Shown: positions 39,149 through 50,907 of the stretch, piece by piece
Position numbering within the stretch: the stretch's first letter is position 1
Layout of the letters: each line of letters starts with the position of its first letter
Source: Microvirga sp.
GTDB lineage: Bacteria; Pseudomonadota; Alphaproteobacteria; Rhizobiales; Beijerinckiaceae
DNA length: 64,000 bases
Direction of reading: 5' to 3'
Assembly (NCBI GenBank): GCA_036562855.1
Contig: DATCJK010000008.1
Location: forward strand, 45,252 to 109,251
The notes under the pieces: model-generated
Seen by the model: only the letters and a program-made list of their open reading frames with translations
The model's database searches: none
Told to the model about the DNA's origin: nothing
Program-made: the position numbers and the translations under genes

Positions 39149-40837
39149 GTGCGTCGGGTCATTGTGTGGATGGGTGTGGTTGCGGCCCTCGCGGGCGGGG
39201 CCGGCTATGCGATCCTGCGGCCGACGGGCGGCTCGGCGCAGGATGTGCCCTATCGCCTGGCGAGCCTCGACCGCGGCACCATCACGGCGAGCGTGCGGGC
39301 CACCGGCACCCTGAACCCGGTCACCACCGTGCTCGTCGGCTCGCAGCTCTCGGGCCAAGTGGTCGAGATCCTGGCCGATTACAACACGCCCGTGAAGGCC
39401 GGCCAGGTGGTGGCCCGGCTCTATGGGGAGCAGATCCGCTCCCGCCGCGACGGCGCCAGAGCCGACCTCGAGCAGGCCCGCGCGGACCTCGCCATGCGAA
39501 GGGCTCAGGCCGACAAGTCCCGCGCGCTTCTCCTGCGCTCCGAGTCGACGACCCGCGACCAGGAAGCTCAAGCCACCCGCGCCCGGGCGCAGCTCGCCGA
39601 GGCGAGGCGCACTCTCACCCGCCAGCTCGAGCTCAACGAGCGCGCCGTGAGCTCGCAGAACGCCGTCGATCAGGCGCGGACGCAGGTGGAGGTGCAGAAT
39701 GCCGCACTCGCCTCCGCCGAGGCGCAGATCGCTGCGCTTCAGGCGGAGATCGTCGGGCTCAAGGCCGATATCGGCCTCGCGGAGGCGCAGATCGCCTCCG
39801 CCCAGGCCGTCATTCTTGCCCGCGAGGCGAAGCTGAAGGACATCGAGATCGATCTTGCCCGCACGGAGATCCGCTCGCCCGTGGACGGCGTCGTGGTGAA
39901 GCGCGACGTGGAGTTGGGGCAGACCGTGGCGGCCTCCCTCTCCGCCCCCACCCTCTTCACGGTGGCGCAGGACCTGCGCGAGATCGACATCTACGCCAAT
40001 GTGGACGAGGCCGATGTGGGCCGCCTCAAGGCGGGCCAGTCCGTGACCTTCACGGTGAATGCCTATCCGAACCGCACCTTCGAGGGGCAGGTCCGCATGG
40101 TGCGCCTCGGCGCCCAGACGGTGCAGAACGTGGTCACCTACACGGCGGTGATCGGCGTGGCGAATACGGACCAGGCGCTCCTTCCCGGAATGACCGCGAA
40201 CCTGCAGATCGTCACGGACGAGCGGCGCGACGCCCTGCGGGTGCCGAACGCCGCCCTGCGCTTTCGCCCGGTGGCGGGCGCGGGGAGCACGGTCCTGCCG
40301 ACTACGCCCGAGGCCAGCTTCTCGGCCTCCTCGACCCGCGGCCGCTCCCTCCAGGACATGCGCGAGCGCCTCCTCGCGGAAGTACAGCCGAGCGCCGAGC
40401 AGATCGCCGCCATCGACCGCATCCTGGCGGAGGCCCGCGAGGCCGCGCCGCGCCGGGAGCCCGGCGCCTCGGGCGAGGAGCGGCAGGGCGCCGCCCGCCA
40501 GGCCCGGGAGGATCTGCGCGCGAAGATCGCGGCCGTGCTCACGCCCGAGCAGCAGGCGAAGCTCCAGGCCGTAGGCCCCTCCGCGCGCCGCATGGGACGC
40601 GTGCCGCAGGATGCCGGCACGCCGGGCCGGGTCTATGTGCTCGACGGCGAGGGGCGCCCGCAGCCCCTGGCCGTGCGCCTTGGGGTGACGGACGGCAGCT
40701 CGACCGAAATCGTGGCCGGTGACCTGAAGGACGGCACGGCCGTGATCGTCGGCGGCGGCCCGCGCGGGACCGTGCAGCCCGTGGAGCCCGGCACCTCCTC
40801 ACCGACCCAGCGCCCCCGCGCGCCGCGGCTCTTTTGA
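39149..40837 (+). CDS. MacA/HlyD-family efflux periplasmic adaptor with a 119-aa insertion
   Basis: GTG start. It has an N-terminal TM segment, a lipoyl/barrel region, a long coiled-coil hairpin, the IRSPVDGVV motif and a membrane-proximal domain. At 562 aa it is about 150 aa longer than typical adaptors. Confidence 0.88.
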   Translation: MRRVIVWMGVVAALAGGAGYAILRPTGGSAQDVPYRLASLDRGTITASVRATGTLNPVTTVLVGSQLSGQVVEILADYNTPVKAGQVVARLYGEQIRSRRDGARADLEQARADLAMRRAQADKSRALLLRSESTTRDQEAQATRARAQLAEARRTLTRQLELNERAVSSQNAVDQARTQVEVQNAALASAEAQIAALQAEIVGLKADIGLAEAQIASAQAVILAREAKLKDIEIDLARTEIRSPVDGVVVKRDVELGQTVAASLSAPTLFTVAQDLREIDIYANVDEADVGRLKAGQSVTFTVNAYPNRTFEGQVRMVRLGAQTVQNVVTYTAVIGVANTDQALLPGMTANLQIVTDERRDALRVPNAALRFRPVAGAGSTVLPTTPEASFSASSTRGRSLQDMRERLLAEVQPSAEQIAAIDRILAEAREAAPRREPGASGEERQGAARQAREDLRAKIAAVLTPEQQAKLQAVGPSARRMGRVPQDAGTPGRVYVLDGEGRPQPLAVRLGVTDGSSTEIVAGDLKDGTAVIVGGGPRGTVQPVEPGTSSPTQRPRAPRLF

Positions 40838-41568
40838 GACGCGGCCCCATGGCTCTCATCGAGACGCAGGACTTAAGCCGGGTCTACGACCTCGACGGCG
40901 GCCGCGTGGTCGCCCTCGACAGCGTGTCGCTCGCCATCGAGGAGGGCGACTTCGTTGCCGTGATGGGCCCCTCGGGCTCCGGCAAATCCACCTTCATGAA
41001 CCTGATCGGCTGCCTCGACCGCCCGAGCGGCGGGCAGTATCGCCTCGCCGGGCAGGCCGTGGAGACGCTGGGGCCGAACGGTCTTGCGGGCCTGCGCAAT
41101 CGCGAGATCGGCTTCGTGTTCCAGCAGTTCAACCTGCTGCCGCGGATGGATGCGCTCGGCAATGTGGAACTGCCGATGATCTATGCGGGCACGGACCGCC
41201 GAACGAGGCGTGCCCGGGCGCTCGCGGCGCTGGCGCGCGTCGGCCTTGCCGACCGGGCCCGTCACCGGCCCATGCAGCTCTCCGGCGGCCAGCAGCAGCG
41301 CGTGGCGATTGCCCGCGCGCTCGTGAACGCGCCGAGCCTTCTTCTCGCCGACGAGCCGACCGGGGCCCTCGACAGCCGCACGGCGGTGGAGATCCTGGCG
41401 CTGTTCCAGGAGCTCAACCGCGAGGGCGTCACCGTGGTGCTCGTCACCCACGACGGGGATGTGGGCCGCCACGCGCGTCGTCTCGTGCGGTTCAAGGATG
41501 GGCGCGTGATCGAGGACCGGCGCCAGGAACCGCTCGACGCCCGCGCCGCCCTGACGGAAGCCGCATGA
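40834..41568 (+). CDS. MacB/LolD-type ABC transporter ATP-binding protein
   Basis: Walker A (GPSGSGKST), Q-loop, LSGGQQQRVAIARAL signature and Walker B (LLLADEPTGALD). The start overlaps the adaptor stop (ATGA). The alternative start is at 40849. Confidence 0.93.
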   Translation: MRRGPMALIETQDLSRVYDLDGGRVVALDSVSLAIEEGDFVAVMGPSGSGKSTFMNLIGCLDRPSGGQYRLAGQAVETLGPNGLAGLRNREIGFVFQQFNLLPRMDALGNVELPMIYAGTDRRTRRARALAALARVGLADRARHRPMQLSGGQQQRVAIARALVNAPSLLLADEPTGALDSRTAVEILALFQELNREGVTVVLVTHDGDVGRHARRLVRFKDGRVIEDRRQEPLDARAALTEAA

Positions 41569-41705
41569 ATCGTCTCGAAGCCATCCGTCCCGCGCTCCCT
41601 GCTGGCCAAGCGCCGCAGGATGCCCGCGCCGCGTTGACGGAGGCCGCATGAACCTTCTCGAAGCGTTACGCTCCGCGCTTTCCGCCATCGCGGCCAATGC
41701 CCTGC
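41536..41705 (+). repeat. Diverged tandem duplication (period 83 bp) of the ATPase-stop / permease-start junction
   Basis: Copy 1 (about 41536..41618) and copy 2 (about 41619..41705) align at roughly 83% identity over the first ~65 nt. Copy 1 creates a 28-codon chimeric mini-ORF at 41565..41651 (MNRLEAIRPALPAGQAPQDARAALTEAA). Confidence 0.75.
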
Positions 41706-42880
41706 GCAGCCTTCTCACCATGCTCGGCATCGTGATCGGCGTCGCGGCGGTGATCGCCATGGTGGCCATCGGCTCAGGGGCCCGCGACCTCGTCGACCGG
41801 CAGATCCGCTCCCTTGGGGCGAACCTCGCCATCGTGACGCCCGGCAACGTCACGCAGGGCGGCGCGCGTCTCGGGGCGGGCGCCGCCTCGACACTGACCG
41901 ACGAGGACGCGGAGGCGATCCGCCGGGAGATCGAGGGCGTGACCGCCGCGGCGCCTTTCGTGCGCGGCGGCGCGCAGGTGGTGGCGGGCGCCAACAACTG
42001 GGGCACCAGCGTCTACGGGGTTGATCTCGACTGGTTCGACGCCCGCGAATGGGACGTGGAGGCCGGGCGCAGCTTCGACCCCGAGGAGATCCGGCGCGGC
42101 GAGATCGTGGTGATCCTCGGCCGCACGGTGGCGCGCAACCTGTTCGGCGAGGAGGACCCGCTCGACCGCACGATCCGGGTGCGCAACGTGCCCTTCAAGG
42201 TGATCGGCGTCATGGCGCCCAAGGGCCAATCGGCCTTCGGGCAGGACCAGGACGACGTGATCTTCGTGCCCCTGGATGCGGGCCGCCGCCGGGTGATCGG
42301 GCGCAACTACGCCAAGGACCGCTCGGTCGGCTCTATCTTCGTGAAGTTCGCCTCCGAGGAGGACATCGCGCCCGGCATCGAGAAGATTGGCGCCCTGCTG
42401 CGCCAACGCCACCGGGTGCCGCCGGACCAGGAGGACGATGTCTCGATCCGCAACCTCACGGAGGTCGCGAACACCGCCTCGGCCACGGCGAACACCCTCT
42501 CCCTGCTGCTGGCCTCCGTGGCCGCGATCTCGCTCCTCGTCGGCGGCATCGGGATCATGAACATCATGCTGGTCTCGGTGACGGAGCGCACCCGCGAGAT
42601 CGGCCTTCGCCTCGCGGTCGGCGCGCGGCCCCGGGACATCCTGGGCCAGTTCCTCATCGAGGCGACGACGCTCGCCACCATCGGGGGTGCCATCGGGATC
42701 GCCCTCGGCGTCGGAGCCGCGACCGCCATCGCCCGGGCCGCCGGCTGGCCCTCGGCCATCTCGGTCGAGGCGATCGCCATCGCGGCCCTCTTCTCGGCCT
42801 TCGTCGGCATCTTCTTCGGGTTCTATCCGGCCAAGCGCGCGGCACGCCTCGATCCCATTGAGGCGCTGCGGCGGGAGTGA
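41648..42880 (+). CDS. MacB-type ABC transporter permease (MacB periplasmic core domain plus FtsX domain)
   Basis: 410 aa. It has an N-terminal TM segment, a large periplasmic domain, and a C-terminal FtsX-type three-TM bundle (LVGGIGIMNIMLVSVTERTREIGLR). Confidence 0.93.
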   Translation: MNLLEALRSALSAIAANALRSLLTMLGIVIGVAAVIAMVAIGSGARDLVDRQIRSLGANLAIVTPGNVTQGGARLGAGAASTLTDEDAEAIRREIEGVTAAAPFVRGGAQVVAGANNWGTSVYGVDLDWFDAREWDVEAGRSFDPEEIRRGEIVVILGRTVARNLFGEEDPLDRTIRVRNVPFKVIGVMAPKGQSAFGQDQDDVIFVPLDAGRRRVIGRNYAKDRSVGSIFVKFASEEDIAPGIEKIGALLRQRHRVPPDQEDDVSIRNLTEVANTASATANTLSLLLASVAAISLLVGGIGIMNIMLVSVTERTREIGLRLAVGARPRDILGQFLIEATTLATIGGAIGIALGVGAATAIARAAGWPSAISVEAIAIAALFSAFVGIFFGFYPAKRAARLDPIEALRRE

Positions 42881-42983
42881 CGGGGTCACCCTGCCCTCGG
42901 CGAATGTCGGCGCGTTAAGGAGCGCTGCTCAACGGCGCAAGCCCGGCTCTCGTCCGACACACATCGCGGCTGCCTTGTGTGGT

Positions 42984-43235
42984 CCCCTCCCCCTTGTGGG
43001 GAGGGTGCCGGCAGGCGGGTGGGGGTGTGGGCGCCACACGCGGATGGGTCCGGAGCCGACACCCCCACCCTCGCTTCGCTCGACCTCCCCACAAGGGGGA
43101 GGTGAAGCCCGCGCTCGTGCTGGCTTCCGAAGTGCGAGGAGGCGAGGCTCGCGCTCGTAGATGTGTGAGCGCCACACGCGGATGCGTCCGGCGCCGACAC
43201 CCCCACCCCTAACCCCTCCCCACAAGGGGGAGGGG
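42984..43235. repeat. Composite intergenic repeat: three CCTCCCC-loop-GGGGAGG hairpins plus a twice-repeated ~40-bp unit
   Basis: Hairpins at 42984..43005, 43084..43102 and 43213..43235. A direct repeat gcgccacacgcggatgNgtccggNgccgacacccccaccc occurs at 43031..43072 and 43169..43210. There is also an inverted pair, gggtgggggtgt (43018..43029) and acacccccaccc (43061..43072). Confidence 0.8.
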
Positions 43236-43374
43236 AACACGCGCTTGGCTGGTCAGCCGCTTTGCTTGGGGGTTGAGGCCCGCGTTCGCCCCGACCTCTG
43301 AGGCGAGGGTAACGCGTGAGCGGTCAGCGTCGGGTTACTTCGCCAACCTCCCCCACAGCGAGACGGTAACGCTG

Positions 43375-47124
<3,750 letters not shown>

Positions 47125-47174
47125 GGAGAATCGAGCTTTCGGTCAATCGGGCGGTGCTGGGCGCGGGGCGTGTT

Positions 47175-48080
47175 TTAAGCCGCCGCGCGCTCCGTCTCGG
47201 CGCGCAGGCCGAGGAGATGGCAGATGGCATAGACGAGGTCGGCGCGGTTCATGGTGTAGAAGTGGAACTCGCTGACCCCGCGATCCACCAGATCGATCAC
47301 CTGCTCGGCCGCCACGGCGGCGGCGATGAGCTTGCGGGTCTCCACATCGTGGTCGAGGCCGTCGAACCGGGCCGCGAGCCAATCCGGCACCGAGGCCCCG
47401 GTCTTCGCGGCGAAATTGGCGGTCTGCTTGAAGTTCTGCACCGGCACGATGCCGGGCACGATGGGGATCGTGATGCCGCGGGCCCGAACGCGGTCGAGAT
47501 AGCGGAAGTAAAGGTCGTTATCGAAGAAGAACTGCGTGATGGCACGGTCCGCGCCGCAATCCACCTTCGCCTTCAGGGCATCGATATCCGCATCGAGGGA
47601 GGCGGCCTCCGGATGCTTCTCCGGATAGGCCGAAACCGACACCTCGAAATCGCCGATGCGCTTGATGCCGGCCACAAGATCGCAGGTCTGGTCATAGCCG
47701 CCCGGATGCGGTTCGTAAGCCGTGCCGAGGCCCGCCACCGGATCGCCGCGCAGGGCCACGATGTGGCGCACGCCCGTATCCCGGTAGGAGCGCACCACGT
47801 CGTCCACCTCCGCGCGGGTCGCGGCCACGCAGGTGAGATGGGCGGCCGGCCTCAGATGCGTCTCGCGCACGAGACGCGAGACAGTCGCATGGGTACGCTC
47901 GCGGGTGGAGCCGCCGGCCCCGTAGGTGACGGAGACGAATTGCGGGTTCAGCGGCGCGAGGCGCTCGATGGACGACCACAGGGTCGCCTCCATCTCGGGC
48001 GTCTTCGGCGGGAAGAACTCGAAGGAAACCTTGATCGGACAGGTGCCCTGACGGCTGGCGCGGAATGCGACGGGGGACAT
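47175..48080 (-). CDS. metF: Methylenetetrahydrofolate reductase
   Basis: 301 aa with MetF motifs (VSFEFFPPKT, VSVTYGAGGSTR, HIVALRGDP). Confidence 0.95.
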   Translation of the reverse strand: MSPVAFRASRQGTCPIKVSFEFFPPKTPEMEATLWSSIERLAPLNPQFVSVTYGAGGSTRERTHATVSRLVRETHLRPAAHLTCVAATRAEVDDVVRSYRDTGVRHIVALRGDPVAGLGTAYEPHPGGYDQTCDLVAGIKRIGDFEVSVSAYPEKHPEAASLDADIDALKAKVDCGADRAITQFFFDNDLYFRYLDRVRARGITIPIVPGIVPVQNFKQTANFAAKTGASVPDWLAARFDGLDHDVETRKLIAAAVAAEQVIDLVDRGVSEFHFYTMNRADLVYAICHLLGLRAETERAAA

Positions 48081-48128
48081 CGGACGACCTCGATCAGAAC
48101 AACGGATGGGAAAGGGCGAGAGAGACCA

Positions 48129-49139
48129 TCAGGCGACCTCGCGGGCTGTGTCGTTGGCCGGCCAATCGGTGACGACGCGCCGATCCTGGCCGAGCCAAAG
48201 GGAGACCGTGAGTTGCTCAGGCCCGGTCTTCGGCGGCGCGAGCTCGCGGGTGAGCGCGCAATCGAGCCCCGCCTCGTCGAGCCAGCCGGCCACCTGCTCG
48301 GCCGCGAAGCCGAGGCGGCGATGGGCCTGCTGCTCGCGCAGGAATTCGAGGCTGTGCGGCGCGAAATCCACCACCAGGATGCGGCCGCCCGGCGCCACGA
48401 GGCGCGCGGCTTCCCGAATGGCGCGCGCCGGATCGTCGAGATAGTGCAGCACCTGATGGATGATCACGAGATCGAACGCGTTGCGCGGGAAGGGCGGCGC
48501 ATAGATGTCGCCCTGGCGCAGCTCGATGCGGCCCAGGCCCGCGCGCTCCAGATTGGCGCGGGCGACCGACAGCATGGCATGGCTCGCATCCAATCCCACG
48601 GCCCTTGAGGCCCGCGGGGTCAGCAGCTGGAGCATGCGGCCCGTGCCGGTGCCGAGATCGAGCAGGTTGCGGATGGGCTTCTGGCCCAGGGTCTCGAGCA
48701 CCGCGGCCTCGACACTCGCCTCGGGGGCGTGCAGCGAGCGAATCCGGTCCCAATCCGGGGCGAGGCGGGCGAAGAAGGATTGGGCCACCTGGGCCCGCTG
48801 CTCGCGCACCGCGCTGAGACGGGCATGATCGTCCTGAAGGCGCGGATCGGCCCGGTCGATCGCATCGAGCATGGAGCGCACAATCCTGGAAACGGCGCCC
48901 CGGTCGGTCAGCCGGAAGAAGGCCCAGGCGCCCTCCCGATGCCGTTCCACGAGGCCCGCCTCCACCAGAAGCTTGAGATGGCGGGAGATGCGCGGCTGCG
49001 ATTGGCCGAGAATGTCGGTGAGGTCCGAGACCGACAGCTCACCATCCGTGAGCAGCGCCAGGATCCGCAGACGGGTCTCCTCCGCCGCGGCACGGAGGAT
49101 GCCCAGGGTCTTGTCGAGCGTGGGTGTGGTCTCGGTCAT
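48129..49139 (-). CDS. sahR: ArsR-type HTH regulator fused to a SAM-methyltransferase-like domain (SahR-type regulator of the methionine/SAM cycle)
   Basis: N-terminal ArsR winged HTH (LRILALLTDGELSVSDLTDILGQSQPRISRHLKLL) and a C-terminal class I methyltransferase fold (LLDLGTGTGRML). It lies directly upstream of metF-metH with 48- and 50-bp gaps. Confidence 0.75.
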   Translation of the reverse strand: MTETTPTLDKTLGILRAAAEETRLRILALLTDGELSVSDLTDILGQSQPRISRHLKLLVEAGLVERHREGAWAFFRLTDRGAVSRIVRSMLDAIDRADPRLQDDHARLSAVREQRAQVAQSFFARLAPDWDRIRSLHAPEASVEAAVLETLGQKPIRNLLDLGTGTGRMLQLLTPRASRAVGLDASHAMLSVARANLERAGLGRIELRQGDIYAPPFPRNAFDLVIIHQVLHYLDDPARAIREAARLVAPGGRILVVDFAPHSLEFLREQQAHRRLGFAAEQVAGWLDEAGLDCALTRELAPPKTGPEQLTVSLWLGQDRRVVTDWPANDTAREVA

Positions 49140-49153
49140 GATCCAACATCATA

Positions 49154-49173
49154 AGAGATATAAACATATCTTT
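49154..49173. promoter_or_regulatory. AT-rich 8-4-8 palindrome (AGAGATAT-AAAC-ATATCTTT) 14 nt upstream of the sahR start; candidate SahR operator
   Basis: 7 of 8 arm positions are complementary. The site stands out as an AT island in GC-rich DNA and overlaps a putative TTGCAT-N17-TAAAGA promoter on the minus strand. Confidence 0.5.
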
Positions 49174-49249
49174 ATGTGCGCACGGATGAGGATGCAAGAC
49201 CAATTGTCGGACGGGTAGGCGTATGGCGGTTAAGCGGAACCGCCGCCCG

Positions 49250-49858
49250 TCAGATCAGGGCTATTATTGCCGTGATGACGATGGTGCCGCCCATGGCGAC
49301 GTTCAGCAGTCGTTCGGCGCCTGCGCTCAGCTTCGCCTTCTGCACAATCGCCCCAAGCCAAAGCCAAGCCAGATCGACCACGATCATCACGATCACGCAG
49401 AGGAGCCACTTGGCCGTGGCATCGGCGGGCCCGTCCGAGCGCACGACGGAATAGGATGCCATCAGGGATGCGAAGGCCACGTAGGCCTTCGGGTTGGTGA
49501 CGCCGAGCAGGAAACCGCCAAGGGCCGTGGAGGCCGGCACGGCCCCGCTCACGTCAGTCCCATTCCCGACCGGAGAGGTCGCGATCTTGTAGGCAAGATA
49601 GAGCAGATAGATCGTTGCCACGGTGCTCATCACCACCGTTGCGGCCGGGATCGACTGAACGAGCGAGAAGAGCCCAGCGGCACTGAAGGCCGCGGCCGCC
49701 GCGAGGCCAACCTGGAGCCCCCCATAGAAGCGCAGACCCCGCATGATGCCCTCCGTGCGCCCTACGGCGACGAGGGCTGCGATTGCGGGACCCGGAGATC
49801 CGAGGAGCACGACAGCAGCCAGGGTGAAGAGCGCCATGCCGGTAAGATCGATCGACAT
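49250..49858 (-). CDS. LysE/RhtB-family amino-acid exporter
   Basis: 202 aa with about six TM segments and an N-terminal LysE signature region (FTLAAVVLLGSPGPA). Confidence 0.9.
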   Translation of the reverse strand: MSIDLTGMALFTLAAVVLLGSPGPAIAALVAVGRTEGIMRGLRFYGGLQVGLAAAAAFSAAGLFSLVQSIPAATVVMSTVATIYLLYLAYKIATSPVGNGTDVSGAVPASTALGGFLLGVTNPKAYVAFASLMASYSVVRSDGPADATAKWLLCVIVMIVVDLAWLWLGAIVQKAKLSAGAERLLNVAMGGTIVITAIIALI

Positions 49859-49871
49859 ATCTACCTCTCAT

Positions 49872-49891
49872 AAAGATATAAGCATTTCTTT
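49872..49891. promoter_or_regulatory. Second copy of the AT-rich 8-4-8 palindrome (AAAGATAT-AAGC-ATTTCTTT), 13 nt upstream of the LysE exporter start
   Basis: 17 of 20 positions are identical to the sahR-proximal site when both are read on the minus strand. It lies just downstream of a putative TTGACA-N17-TAAAGA promoter (49923..49895). Confidence 0.5.
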
Positions 49892-50027
49892 ATGTCTTTA
49901 TGTGATCAGATTGCATATGTCAACTTGGCCATTGCGGGTGTTGGCCCCGGTGAGGCCTCAGAGCTCCCGCAAGCAAGAACCTGCGAGTTGTCGCCTAGGT
50001 CAGCGAGCCGTTTGATTGATGCGCGAT

Positions 50028-50900
50028 TCAGCGCCGGATGCTGGCCTTGCGGGCAGCAAGCACCAGCAGGACGACGGCTGCCGCCACGAACCATGTCGTG
50101 GGCTGGATGGGCTCCCGGTTGAGCGCCGCCGCTATTACTAGGGTGATGAAGGTTTGGAGGAGTTGGACCTGGCTCACCCGGGCGATGCCGCCGAGCGCGA
50201 GGCCGGCATTCCAGGCAAAGAAGCCGAGATACTGGCTCATGAGCGTCACATAGGCGAACCCGGCCCAGCTCCAGGCCGGAATGGCGGTGGCATCGGCGGG
50301 GGCGAGCCAGAGAGCGAGGGGGAGGCTGGCCGGGAGCGCGATCACCAGCAGCCAGGAGATCACCTCCCAGCCGCGCAGGCCCGTCTGGGCCAGCTGGGCC
50401 GAGATCACGTAGCCGAGGCTCGAACTGAGCACCGCTGCGAAGAGAAAGAGGTCGCCGGTCTCGAACCCGCCCTGCCCTTCCCGGAGCGTGAAGCCGACCA
50501 CGAGGGCGGCCCCGGCGACTGCCGCGACCCAGAAGGCCGTGCCCGGCCGTTCCCCGGCGATGAGGGCGGAGAGAAGAGCCGTCGCGAGCGGCAGGATGCC
50601 GAGGACGACGCCCCCATGCCCCGCCGGGACGCTCTCCATGGCAAGCCCGGTAAAGATCGGAAAGCCGCCGACGAGGCACAGGGAGGCCAGTGCAAGGCGT
50701 CCGAGCGAGGCGCGGGCCGGCCAGGGCCGCCGCAGCAGGAGAAGCACCGCACCGGCGATCAGCCCGGCGAGCGCCGCCCGCCCGGCCGTCACGAAAGCGG
50801 GGCTCAGCGCCTCCACGGCAAGGCGCGTGAAAGGCAGCGTCCCGGCGAACACCGTGACGCCGATGAGCCCGAGGAGCAGGCCGAGGGTCTCTCGCGACAC
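50028..50900 (-). CDS. DMT-superfamily (EamA-type) transporter
   Basis: Ten-TM EamA-like protein. There is no in-frame ATG after the amn stop, so I propose a GTG start at 50900 (VSRETLGLLLGL), 7 nt after that stop. The ORF-track start at 50999 would overlap amn by 92 nt. Confidence 0.8.
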   Translation of the reverse strand: MSRETLGLLLGLIGVTVFAGTLPFTRLAVEALSPAFVTAGRAALAGLIAGAVLLLLRRPWPARASLGRLALASLCLVGGFPIFTGLAMESVPAGHGGVVLGILPLATALLSALIAGERPGTAFWVAAVAGAALVVGFTLREGQGGFETGDLFLFAAVLSSSLGYVISAQLAQTGLRGWEVISWLLVIALPASLPLALWLAPADATAIPAWSWAGFAYVTLMSQYLGFFAWNAGLALGGIARVSQVQLLQTFITLVIAAALNREPIQPTTWFVAAAVVLLVLAARKASIRR

Positions 50901-50907
50901 CCGCGGG

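Noticed and set aside
42886-43240. ORFs of 77-157 aa inside the repeat block (for example 42929..43240, 42979..43212 and 42687..43160).
   Set aside because: The peptides (…PSPLWGG…, …PHKGEV…) are read straight through palindromic repeat units on both strands. There is no ribosome-binding site and no coding-like composition.
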